A DNA stretch of 64,000 nucleotides from Tubiluchus corallicola (lineage: Eukaryota > Animalia > Priapulida). The translations under genes were made by a program, and so were the position numbers. A model generated the notes under the pieces. The model was not told the DNA's origin, searched no databases, and worked only from the letters and a program-made list of their open reading frames with translations. Location of the stretch: positions 62,001 to 126,000 of the forward strand of contig JAQGDQ010000468.1 of NCBI GenBank assembly GCA_030141605.1, given 5' to 3'. Of the stretch, positions 1 through 9,395 are shown one piece after another. Each line of letters starts with the position of its first letter. The stretch's first letter is position 1.

Positions 1-764
1 AAAGTCACTTTATAGGTGCGGCATACGGCATGGAAAAAATGATGGGAGTAGCAGACACACCCGTGCGCAAAATATTCAACTACGCTTCAAAAAACTTTAT
101 ATCCCATATGCCTATTGTATATGTACAAACAGTGGTAGGCTTGGGAGAAGACGGAGAATTGCACACAAGAGGACTGTACATAGGTGGCAGCAAAGAAGTC
201 TTCAACAAAGCGGCAGCACTATCACAGAAAGTAAACTTCAAAATGCTCAACTCCCCAGTCAAAAAAGCAGTGGTATACCTTGACCCATCTGAATTTAAAT
301 CAACATGGCTTGGAAACAAATCAATATATCGTACCCGAATGGCCATTCATGACGGAGGTGAACTGATTGTGCTTGCCCCCGCACTTAAGGAGTTTGGAGA
401 AGATATGGAAATTGACAGGCTAATACGCAAATACGGATATCGCGGTACACCTGCAACACTAGATGCTGTAAATAAAAACCCTGAACTGCGCAATAACCTG
501 AGCGCTGCTGCCCACCTTATACATGGCTCTTCAGAAGGAAGATTTTGTGTAACATACTGCCCAGGAAATGAAAAAGAAAACCTGACGAAAGAGGATATTG
601 AAGGAGTGGGATTTAAATACGCCAACCTGAATGAGATGACGCAAATGTACAACCCCAGCACCCTAAAAGAGGGCTGGAACACAATGCCCTCAGGCGAAGA
701 AATATACTATATCTCAAACCCCGCAATAGGACTATGGGCTTACAAAGAACGATTCAAAAAATGA
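1..764 (+). CDS. Lactate racemase (LarA/DUF2088)-domain protein, 5'-partial
   Basis: Frame is open to the window edge (SHFIGAAYGMEKMMG); motifs EFKSTWLGNKSIYRTRMAI and AAHLIHGSSEGRF. Confidence 0.7.
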   Translation, partial: SHFIGAAYGMEKMMGVADTPVRKIFNYASKNFISHMPIVYVQTVVGLGEDGELHTRGLYIGGSKEVFNKAAALSQKVNFKMLNSPVKKAVVYLDPSEFKSTWLGNKSIYRTRMAIHDGGELIVLAPALKEFGEDMEIDRLIRKYGYRGTPATLDAVNKNPELRNNLSAAAHLIHGSSEGRFCVTYCPGNEKENLTKEDIEGVGFKYANLNEMTQMYNPSTLKEGWNTMPSGEEIYYISNPAIGLWAYKERFKK

Positions 765-776
765 GAAAAAAGAACA

Positions 777-1901
777 ATGAAAATTATTGTTGACAACAAA
801 ATACCATACATAAAAGGTGCACTGGAACCATTTGCAAAGACTATTTATAAACCAGGAGCTGAAATAATGCCCGAAGACACTAAAAACGCCGATGCTTTAG
901 TCGTTAGAACCCGCACTCTCTGCAACAAAAAACTGCTGGCAAACTCAAAGGTAAAGTTCATAGCAACAGCCACTATCGGCTTTGACCATATTGACACAGC
1001 TTACTGCAAAAAAAGTGGCATAGAATGGGCTAACGCACCAAAATGCAACTCAGGCTCAGTAAAACAATACATTGCATCAGCATTAATGTTTCTGTCTCAA
1101 AAACACCACTTCTCCCTGGCAAATAAAACTATAGGCATAGTTGGAGTTGGTAATGTGGGCAAAAAAATAAGTAACATTTGTAATATACTGGGGATGAATG
1201 TGCTCCTCAACGATCCTCCAAGAGCAAGAAAAGAGGGCGCAGACAGATTCGTTGAATTGAGCAAAATAGCCGAAGAGGCTGATATAATCTCACTGCACGT
1301 ACCACTAAACAAAAAAGGAGTAGATAAAACCTACCACATAGTAGACGAACTACTCCTCAAAAAGATGAAAAAAAAACCATTTATAATAAACTCATGCAGA
1401 GGTGAAGTAGTTGAAACCTCAGCCTTAAAAAGTGCTCTGAAAAACAGGTCTATCACAGGCGCCGTCATTGATTGCTGGGAAAATGAGCCTGCAGTAGATA
1501 CCGAACTGTTGAAACTGTGTGACATCGGTACCCCACACATTGCAGGTTACTCAAAAGATGGCAAAGCTAACGGAACACAAATGAGCATACAGGCAATTAG
1601 CCGATTCTTTAACTTGGGAATAGATAACTGGCAATGTAAAAACATAGAACTCCCCAAAACCACTATAATAAATGTGGATAACAGAAACAAAACAGAACAA
1701 CAAATACTGTCAGAAGGAATACTTGCAACTTACAGCATTGAAGAGGACGATAGGAAACTAAGAAACTCTGTTGAAACATTTGAAAAACAACGTGAAGAAT
1801 ACCCTGTTAGAAGAGAGTTTGAATCTTATAAAATAAAAAAAGAGAACATACCGGGCAACACTATCACCAAACTTAAAAAGTTGGGATTTAAAATAATATA
1901 A
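777..1901 (+). CDS. pdxB: Erythronate-4-phosphate dehydrogenase
   Basis: MKIIVDNKIPY, ATATIGFDHID, GVGNVG, TPHIAGYS-DGKANGT. Confidence 0.93.
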   Translation: MKIIVDNKIPYIKGALEPFAKTIYKPGAEIMPEDTKNADALVVRTRTLCNKKLLANSKVKFIATATIGFDHIDTAYCKKSGIEWANAPKCNSGSVKQYIASALMFLSQKHHFSLANKTIGIVGVGNVGKKISNICNILGMNVLLNDPPRARKEGADRFVELSKIAEEADIISLHVPLNKKGVDKTYHIVDELLLKKMKKKPFIINSCRGEVVETSALKSALKNRSITGAVIDCWENEPAVDTELLKLCDIGTPHIAGYSKDGKANGTQMSIQAISRFFNLGIDNWQCKNIELPKTTIINVDNRNKTEQQILSEGILATYSIEEDDRKLRNSVETFEKQREEYPVRREFESYKIKKENIPGNTITKLKKLGFKII

Positions 1902-1940
1902 ACGTAAACACGAAACAAACAAAAATAAATAAATAAAATT

Positions 1941-3395
1941 ATGACAAAAAAAGCTGACATTGGGCTAATTGGGCTCGCCGTGATGGGGGAAAACTTAGTA
2001 CTCAATATGGAGGATAAGGGGTTTACTGTTGCCGTTTACAACAGAACCACCGAAAAGGTTGATAAATTTATCAACGGGCGTGGAGCAGGGAAAAACTTTA
2101 TAGGGTGCCACACCATAGCAGACATGGTTGCAAACCTTGAGCGCCCCAGAAAAGTGATGATACTAGTAAAAGCAGGTGCTCCTGTCGATGCATTTATCGA
2201 TCAAATTATACCTCACCTAGAAGAAGGCGACATTATCATAGATGGTGGCAACTCCCATTTTCCCGACACAATTCGTCGTACCAAGTATGTCGAAAGCAAA
2301 AAACTGCTATACATTGGAACCGGCGTATCAGGCGGTGAGGAGGGTGCATTAAGAGGCCCCTCCATGATGCCCGGAGGCTCCCCTGAAGCATGGCCTCATG
2401 TAAAAAATATTTTTCAGTCGATTGCTGCTAAGGTAGAAGGTGGCTCTCCTTGCTGCGACTGGGTAGGAGAAGATGGTGCCGGACACTTTGTAAAAATGGT
2501 ACATAACGGTATTGAGTATGGAGATATGCAAATTATATGCGAATCTTATCAGCTAATGAAAGAGCTGTTAAAAATGAGCGCAGACGACATGCATAAAATT
2601 TTCACAGAATGGAATGAAGGTGAACTAGATAGCTACCTTATCCAGATAACACGTGACATACTGGGATACCGTGATGAAAATGGAGAACTGGTGGTTGAAA
2701 ATATTCTGGACACTGCAGGACAAAAAGGAACAGGTAAGTGGACAGGCATATCGGCACTTGACCTTGGTGTACCACTCACCCTAATAGGAGAATCGGTATT
2801 TGCACGCTGCCTCTCAGCACAGAAGGACCTGCGTGTAAAAGCTTCAAAAATACTGAACGGCCCTCTCCCCAAATTTAATGGAGACAAAGCACAATTTTTG
2901 AAAGACATAAAAGATGCCCTTTACGGTGCAAAAATAATCTCATACGCACAGGGCTACAACCTTATGCGGGATGCAGCCAAAGAGTATAAATGGAACCTGA
3001 ACAATGGTGGAATTGCACTAATGTGGCGCGGTGGATGCATTATCCGCTCCGTATTTTTAAAAGACATAAAAAAAGCTTTTGACAACAACCCCGGGCTGGA
3101 AAACCTCCTGCTTGATCCGTTCTTTAAAAAGACAGTTGAGGCCGCTCAGGCAGGATGGAGACGTGTTTGCTCCACAGCACTGGAAAACGGGATACCTGTA
3201 CCTGCACTTACATCTGCACTGTGCTACTTTGATGGTTTTCGCAGTGAACGCCTACCCGCCAATCTACTACAAGCCCAGCGGGACTACTTTGGAGCACACA
3301 CATACGAGCGGATAGACAAACCGCGCGGAGAGTTCTTTCATACTAACTGGACAGGACACGGCGGAGATACAGCAGCAAGTACATACGAAGTTTAA
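1941..3395 (+). CDS. gnd: 6-phosphogluconate dehydrogenase (NADP, decarboxylating)
   Basis: GLIGLAVMGENL, GHFVKMVHNGIEYGDMQ, QAQRDYFGAHTY. Confidence 0.97.
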   Translation: MTKKADIGLIGLAVMGENLVLNMEDKGFTVAVYNRTTEKVDKFINGRGAGKNFIGCHTIADMVANLERPRKVMILVKAGAPVDAFIDQIIPHLEEGDIIIDGGNSHFPDTIRRTKYVESKKLLYIGTGVSGGEEGALRGPSMMPGGSPEAWPHVKNIFQSIAAKVEGGSPCCDWVGEDGAGHFVKMVHNGIEYGDMQIICESYQLMKELLKMSADDMHKIFTEWNEGELDSYLIQITRDILGYRDENGELVVENILDTAGQKGTGKWTGISALDLGVPLTLIGESVFARCLSAQKDLRVKASKILNGPLPKFNGDKAQFLKDIKDALYGAKIISYAQGYNLMRDAAKEYKWNLNNGGIALMWRGGCIIRSVFLKDIKKAFDNNPGLENLLLDPFFKKTVEAAQAGWRRVCSTALENGIPVPALTSALCYFDGFRSERLPANLLQAQRDYFGAHTYERIDKPRGEFFHTNWTGHGGDTAASTYEV

Positions 3396-3631
3396 AAATC
3401 GTACGGTATCATCAAAAACAGGGGAATGAAAACAATTAAATAGAAAACAGGTATTACAAAACACAAAGAGACTTTTTATCTCCAAGCACGGTGAAACACA
3501 GTAAATTACACTTGTAAATAGAAATAAAACCTCCTATTTAGAGTAGATATACCTCGTATCGTTCCCCTGAAATTGATGTTGAATTTAAAAATTTATTTTA
3601 CTTTTGGCACCGTAAAACGATAATTAAACAT

Positions 3632-3638
3632 GGTACCA

Positions 3639-3679
<41 letters not shown>

Positions 3680-3704
3680 CCTGGTTCAATTCCAGGTGGT
3701 ACCA
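3632..3704 (+). tRNA. tRNA-Phe(GAA)
   Basis: GGTACCA/TGGTACC acceptor stem, TAGCTCAGTTGGTAGAGC D-arm, CTGAAAA anticodon loop, GGTTCAATTCC T-arm. Confidence 0.97.
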
Positions 3705-3855
3705 CTTTTTAGTTGCCCACTTGCAAATATTTTATAACTCCTTTTTTACCTGCGCCCTTTTTAAACTTAAGTACCGGAAAAAGGTAGAAAGCCTCAAGTA
3801 TAATATCTCAAACAAATACCTAAACTCCTACTTGAGTTGTAATATAAATTGCCCT

Positions 3856-3974
3856 AAAAGCTTTACAAAAGCCTCGCTCTTGTAGTTAAAAATTTGATCA
3901 GTACTTTTAATTACCTTCCTCTCTAGAAATTTCTTAAACCTTAAGCTTATCAGCCTAGTATCTAATAAAGTTTC
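3856..3974 (-). repeat. Highly degenerate copy of the ~140-bp dispersed element (tentative)
   Basis: aaagctttacaaaagcctc...ttaaaaatttgatca...gaaatttcttaaacct...aataaagtttc aligns loosely with the reverse complement of the family. Confidence 0.4.
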
Positions 3975-4137
3975 AGATCAAACCACTTTGCGCTTCATTT
4001 TAATTTTGAAATTTGAGATATTATTATGTAACTTTGCGACGTATTTTAATTAGAGATGAATTAGTTTTTTTAACTACTCTAGCTATTAGAGAATATGTAT
4101 GGAGGAGAGGGGTAATGACAATTAAAAATACTATAAA

Positions 4138-4599
4138 ATGAATAAATATCTGATAATTGCGATTACAGTTGTTTTTACTTCTATTATTTCTTGTAAAAAC
4201 AAGAAGAAAGATGAGCAATCCTTGCAAATAGAACAACTGCAACCACCTCCTTCGATAATTCCTGAAAAAGAGGTGGAAGTTATTGACACAGAGCCTGTCG
4301 ATATTGACACAGTGTCTTACTTTGTTGATGAAGGAGTAAATATAGACGACAAATACTTTGTTGTTGTTAACAGCTACACAATATCTGAATTTGCAGCAGA
4401 GCGCAACAAACACTGGCAGAAATTTGGGTTCAACTCAAAAGTGATTATGAAAAATGATGATGGATACTATAGACTTGTACTTAAATCCTTTGATAATCAC
4501 AATGATGCTACAATAGCTAGCCTAAGCCTGCGCGAAGAAAATGAAGAATTTAGTGATGCCTGGGTTATATCGCGGGGATATAAAATTGAGGAGCACTAG
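4138..4599 (+). CDS. SPOR-domain lipoprotein
   Basis: Lipobox IISC; C-terminal YFVVVNSY...GYYRL...FSDAWV. Confidence 0.75.
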   Translation: MNKYLIIAITVVFTSIISCKNKKKDEQSLQIEQLQPPPSIIPEKEVEVIDTEPVDIDTVSYFVDEGVNIDDKYFVVVNSYTISEFAAERNKHWQKFGFNSKVIMKNDDGYYRLVLKSFDNHNDATIASLSLREENEEFSDAWVISRGYKIEEH

Positions 4600-4734
4600 C
4601 ATATAGAACCACTTTCACTCTTAATATTCTGTTTTTCAAGGTAAAGAAGAAGTAGCTTTATCTCTAAGCTTTTATCAAAATAGCTATAGTTGACTTTATT
4701 CCATCATCTCCTTAAGCTCTTCTACCGTAAAAAT

Positions 4735-4865
4735 GAAACCTCTTAACCGTAACCCTTTGGGTTACGATTAAGGAAGAACTCTATAAAAGCCACTCCTTAC
4801 TAGTACAAATAAGGATTGGGGGCTTTGAAGAGAATATTAATAAAAAGTGAATTTTGATAGCACTC
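4735..4865 (+). repeat. ~140-bp dispersed element (MITE-like) copy
   Basis: gaaacctctt...aagccactccttactagtacaaataaggat...gaatattaataaaaagtgaattttgatagcactc. Confidence 0.7.
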
Positions 4866-5107
4866 AAAACCTCTTGCGCTTTTTGCAGTAGTAAGCCAAA
4901 AACATTACCATAAAGAATCTGAAAAACCTGAATATAAGTGCCCTACACAAACGATTCAACATCTATACAAAACAACACACATATAAATAAAAACTGTCTT
5001 GAAAAAACACTCTTTCTTTTGAAAAGACGGTATTTCAATCTTAAATAACATATATTTACAAGCATAAAAACAAATACAATAAAACCTCTTAAAATATAAA
5101 TTAACTG

Positions 5108-5995
5108 ATGAATGCATATATCTTCCCCGGACAGGGAGCACAATTTCCAGGAATGGGCATGGATCTGTATGAAAATTCAGACACAGCTAAGAGCCTGTTT
5201 AACAAGGCAAATGAGATTCTAGGTTTTCGCATCACCAACCTTATGTTTGAAGGTAACGATGAAGACCTTAAACAAACAAAAGTTACTCAGCCTGCTATCT
5301 TCCTTCACTCTGTGATATTAGCAAAAACGTTGAAAAATCTCGCCCCCGATATGGTTGCCGGCCACTCGCTGGGAGAATTCTCTGCTCTCGTTGCAAACAA
5401 AACACTCTCTTTTGAAGACGGGCTCGCTCTAGTTTCAGAGCGCGCTATGGCAATGCAAAAAGCCTGTGAAGCGGAACCCTCTACAATGGCTGCTATAGTT
5501 GGACTTAGCGATGAAGAGGTAGAAAAAGTTTGTGCAGATATTGATGATATTGTTGTGCCTGCCAACTATAACTGCACCGGACAGTTGGTTATTTCAGGCT
5601 CCGTAAAGGGAGTTGACCTAGCATGTGAAAAACTTACTGAATCAGGGGCTAAAAGAGTTATTAAACTTATGGTCGGAGGAGCTTTTCACTCTCCGTTAAT
5701 GGAATCTGCCAGGACAAGGCTGGCCAGGGCAATAGAATCAGTAAAATTTAACACCCCTATTTGCCCTATCTATCAAAATGTCAATGCACTACCTGTGTCT
5801 AATCCGAGTGAGATCAAAAAAAACCTGATTGCTCAACTTACAGCTCCTGTAAGATGGACACAAATAGTAGAAAATATGATTGCTGATGGAGCCGCCTCCT
5901 TTACAGAAATAGGGCCGGGAAAAGTGTTGCAGGGGCTGGTAAAAAAGACCAACAGGAGTATGGAAACATTTGGAATAAGTGCATTTCAGGAATAA
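5108..5995 (+). CDS. fabD: Malonyl-CoA-ACP transacylase
   Basis: FPGQGAQ, AGHSLGEFSAL, GAFHSPLM, EIGPGKVLQGL. Confidence 0.97.
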   Translation: MNAYIFPGQGAQFPGMGMDLYENSDTAKSLFNKANEILGFRITNLMFEGNDEDLKQTKVTQPAIFLHSVILAKTLKNLAPDMVAGHSLGEFSALVANKTLSFEDGLALVSERAMAMQKACEAEPSTMAAIVGLSDEEVEKVCADIDDIVVPANYNCTGQLVISGSVKGVDLACEKLTESGAKRVIKLMVGGAFHSPLMESARTRLARAIESVKFNTPICPIYQNVNALPVSNPSEIKKNLIAQLTAPVRWTQIVENMIADGAASFTEIGPGKVLQGLVKKTNRSMETFGISAFQE

Positions 5996-6076
5996 GCACA
6001 GGCTCAGCACCTCCAAAACACACCATTTTACCAGTACCTTTGCCTTTAAACGTATACTTTAATTTTAATATAATAT

Positions 6077-6121
6077 AAAAAATGAGGCTGTCTCATAACA
6101 CAAGAGGCAACCTCATTTTTT
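6077..6121. terminator. Bidirectional intrinsic terminator between convergent fabD and galM
   Basis: AAAAAATGAGGCTGTCTC-loop-GAGGCAACCTCATTTTT. Confidence 0.8.
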
Positions 6122-6138
6122 ATATCTTATAACCTTGC

Positions 6139-7290
6139 CTACTTTACAGAAAACTTATATACCGTCACTGACTCGTAAACCTCGCCAGGCCTTAGCACTG
6201 TTGTAGGATACTCGGGGTTGTTGGGGGAATTGGGAAAATGCTGTGTCTCCAAGCAGAAACCCGAACGCTTCCCGTAAGGGAGCCCTCTCTTACCTATCTC
6301 TGTCCCATCAAGGAAGTTTCCTGTATAAAACTGCACCGAGGGCTCAGTAGTATAAACCTCCATAAAACGTCCACTAACCGGCTCATAAGCACTGGCAGCA
6401 AATATCAACCCATCCTTGCCCCCCCTGCTTAACGCCCACGCATGATCATACCCGTTTCCATAAACCATAATATCAAAACTAGAATCAATATCCTTACCTA
6501 TTAACCTGGGAGAAGTGAAATCCATGGGGGTGTTGAGTATATCTGTAAACCTACCGGTTGGGATTAAATCATTACCTGTTACCTCGGCAACCTTATCACC
6601 ATTTATCACAACCTCATGATCAAGAATAGTTCCATTTCCCTCCCCCTTCAAGTTAAAATAAGAGTGATTAGTAAGATTTATCACTGTGGGCTTATCTGTA
6701 ATCGCCTTATAATCAACCCTTAACTCATTATCATCTGTCAAAGTAAACGTTACATCAACGCTAAGGTTACCGGGGAAGCCGTTCTCACCATCCGGGCTCA
6801 GATAGCTAAACTTAACAGCCTTACCATAAGCCGTTACCATCTCTTTAGCATCAAACACCTTCACATAAAAGCCGTCAGGACCACTATGCAAACAGTTTGC
6901 TCCATTATTTACAGGTAGACTATAGACCTGCCCATCCAGCTCAAACTTCCCATTGGCAATACGATTAGCAAAGCGCCCTATTGTAGCTCCAAAGCTCTTA
7001 ACTCCACCTATATAATCATCAATGCTGTTATAACCCAAAGCCACATCGGCAATATTCCCATCTCTGTCAGGCACACACAAATTGACAACTTTACCACCAT
7101 AATTGGTAAAAGTTACCTTCATACCATTCTTGTTCTCAAGTGCAAACAGGCTTATCTGCTTCCCATGCAGTTTTTTCTCAAACATCTTCTTTTGCGCACA
7201 CAACGCATCTTTCTCACCAGAGGTCTTTTTCCCTCCAAACTTACAACTGGCCAAAATCGCTATTAAAGCCAGAATCAAAACTCTCATCAT
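6139..7290 (-). CDS. galM: Aldose 1-epimerase (galactose mutarotase), lipoprotein
   Basis: GRFANRI, NLTNHSYFNL, GYDH, CLETQHFPNSPN; lipobox LASC. Confidence 0.93.
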   Translation of the reverse strand: MMRVLILALIAILASCKFGGKKTSGEKDALCAQKKMFEKKLHGKQISLFALENKNGMKVTFTNYGGKVVNLCVPDRDGNIADVALGYNSIDDYIGGVKSFGATIGRFANRIANGKFELDGQVYSLPVNNGANCLHSGPDGFYVKVFDAKEMVTAYGKAVKFSYLSPDGENGFPGNLSVDVTFTLTDDNELRVDYKAITDKPTVINLTNHSYFNLKGEGNGTILDHEVVINGDKVAEVTGNDLIPTGRFTDILNTPMDFTSPRLIGKDIDSSFDIMVYGNGYDHAWALSRGGKDGLIFAASAYEPVSGRFMEVYTTEPSVQFYTGNFLDGTEIGKRGLPYGKRSGFCLETQHFPNSPNNPEYPTTVLRPGEVYESVTVYKFSVK

Positions 7291-7459
7291 AACTATTAGA
7301 TAATTTAATTATTTAACTACTCCAAAAATTCAACTCCTAAAACTAACTCAAACATAAATACTTTGGTAACCTTGCAACCTCTGCAAAAAACCAAATCGAC
7401 TACATACTCAAAAACTAAAGACCTCTATCTTGGCTCAGGTACGATAAAAATAATCTCCC

Positions 7460-8857
7460 CTACTCCGCCATTACCTCTTCAATCTCTTCAATGGTTATGG
7501 GAAGCCGCTCGCCTATTATCTCTGCTCCTGTCTCAGTTATCACTATATCATCTTCCAGGCGTACTCCCCCAAACTTTCTATACTCTTCAATCTTGTCGTA
7601 ATTCAAAAAATCTACATTGCGCTTCTCACTTTTCCATTTATCAATCAATGCCGGAATAAAATATATGCCGGGCTCATTAGTTATCACAAAATTGGGTTGT
7701 AGCTGCCTACCCATACGCAGATAAGCCGTACCAAACTGCTCTGATGGCCTAGTTTCATTATCATACCCAACATGAATCTGCCCATAATCCTCCATATCAT
7801 GAACATCCAGTCCCATCATGTGCCCCAGTCCGTGCGGAAAAAACAGAGCATGAGCACCACTCGAAACTGCATCCTTAACATTCCCTTTCATCAGCCCCAT
7901 ATCCTTCAAGCCACTGGCAATAAGCTCTGCTACTTCTATATGCACTTCCAGGTAGGTCATACCGGGCCTTGTCTTTTCTATTGCCAGATTATTGGCCGAC
8001 AACACAATACTATAGATATCACGTTGTCTGCTACTAAACTTCCCTCCTACCGGAATCGTTCTCGTAAAATCAGAAGAGTAACACATATCTGTCTCTGCCC
8101 CTGCGTCAATAAGCAGTAACCTGCCCTCCTGCAATATCTGCGAATGATCATGGTTGTGAAGTATCTCCCCGTCCTGACTCAATATAATAGGAAATGAAAC
8201 AGCACCACCGTGAGACAGAGCTAGCCCCTCAATAAATCCCGCAACCTTCTGTTCAGGCACTCCGGGCCTGGCCATCTTCATCGCCGCAACATGCATCTCA
8301 TAACCAATCTTACACGCTTTCGTAATCTCAGCAATCTCAAACTCATCTTTCACCGAACGCAAATCAATAATACTTTTTATAAGCTCCGCCGAAACATAAT
8401 CTGTTAGCTTAGCTGTATGTACCCCAAGCAACTCCTTCAACAACAGCTTATTTTCTGCCCTGTAAGGAGGCAAAAAATGAACTCTCCTGCCTTTCCACAG
8501 CAAGGTATTCACATAAGTAAACACCTCAGAATATTGACCTGTATGCCTCACACCGACAAGCGAAGCTTTATCCCTCAAAGGGCTTTTATTTCCCATCCAT
8601 ATAACATCCTCAATAGATATATCATCACCAAAAATGTAATCTTTACCCTCATCAATATCAATAATACCAAAAAGCCCGGGTGCATTTAACCCAAAAAAAT
8701 AGAGAAATGTGCTATCCTGCCTGAAGCGGTAAGAATTGGCAGGGTAGTTCATGGGAGACTCCTGATTCCCCGGAATAAGAACTACACCCCCGCTCATCTT
8801 ATCACGGAGAAGCCTTCTCCTTCTTTCATATACATGCTTATCAAACATACCTTTCAT
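7460..8857 (-). CDS. pepP: Xaa-Pro aminopeptidase (M24B)
   Basis: FRQDSTFLY, DFTRT, PHGLGHMMGLDVHD, TNEPGIYF, GVRLEDD. Confidence 0.92.
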   Translation of the reverse strand: MKGMFDKHVYERRRRLLRDKMSGGVVLIPGNQESPMNYPANSYRFRQDSTFLYFFGLNAPGLFGIIDIDEGKDYIFGDDISIEDVIWMGNKSPLRDKASLVGVRHTGQYSEVFTYVNTLLWKGRRVHFLPPYRAENKLLLKELLGVHTAKLTDYVSAELIKSIIDLRSVKDEFEIAEITKACKIGYEMHVAAMKMARPGVPEQKVAGFIEGLALSHGGAVSFPIILSQDGEILHNHDHSQILQEGRLLLIDAGAETDMCYSSDFTRTIPVGGKFSSRQRDIYSIVLSANNLAIEKTRPGMTYLEVHIEVAELIASGLKDMGLMKGNVKDAVSSGAHALFFPHGLGHMMGLDVHDMEDYGQIHVGYDNETRPSEQFGTAYLRMGRQLQPNFVITNEPGIYFIPALIDKWKSEKRNVDFLNYDKIEEYRKFGGVRLEDDIVITETGAEIIGERLPITIEEIEEVMAE

Positions 8858-9064
8858 TTTTAAATCACTATTTCATCCTCCATTACAAAACTACAAATTA
8901 ATTTATCAAACTCAGAAGAGGGATGTAATCTGTAAAAGAAACCCTAGAAAAAAGGAGGTATCTCGTGCCATGAGATCGGCAAAGTGTGAATATAAGCTCC
9001 TCTAATCTTTAGGGAAAATAAATATTAAATAAACATACAACTTGGTGTAAACCTGGCTTATAAA

Positions 9065-9095
9065 TTTTTGAGTTGTGAATAATTAGATATCTTTG
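9065..9095 (+). promoter_or_regulatory. Bacteroidota sigmaA promoter (-33 TTTG, -7 TATCTTTG)
   Basis: TTTTTG at 9065-9070 and TATCTTTG at 9088-9095, upstream of the repeat copy and the DUF5686 gene. Confidence 0.6.
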
Positions 9096-9220
9096 CGCGG
9101 AATTTTATTTCATAACATGTATATTATGTGACTCTTTCATTTTTGAAACCATCACGTAATTAATCTAATATATCGTCAATAGAAAAACAGAATGCCTTGT
9201 AGCTACCGGCATTATAAAAT

Positions 9221-9374
9221 GAAGCCCTTGCGAATCAAAAACTTTGATCCAGGTTGAGAAAAAATTCGATGACAAGCCACTCCTTGTCCATATAAATAAG
9301 AGTGTCGATAAGGGCTCTGACGAAAAAAAACATTAACAAAAAGATAAATCTTGCTAAGGTCTTGTAGAAGCCTC
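9221..9374 (+). repeat. ~140-bp dispersed element copy with an apparently doubled right end
   Basis: gaagcccttgcgaa...aggttgagaaaaaattcgatgac...cattaacaaaaagataaatcttgctaaggtctt followed by gtagaagcctc. Confidence 0.85.
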
Positions 9375-9395
9375 ACCAATTAATAAAATCTCAGG

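Noticed and set aside
4600-4730. Possible further reverse copy of the element
   Set aside because: Similarity too weak to separate from AT-rich background by eye
4943-5143. Short hydrophobic minus-strand ORFs
   Set aside because: Low-complexity product of the A/C-rich intergenic strand; no family features
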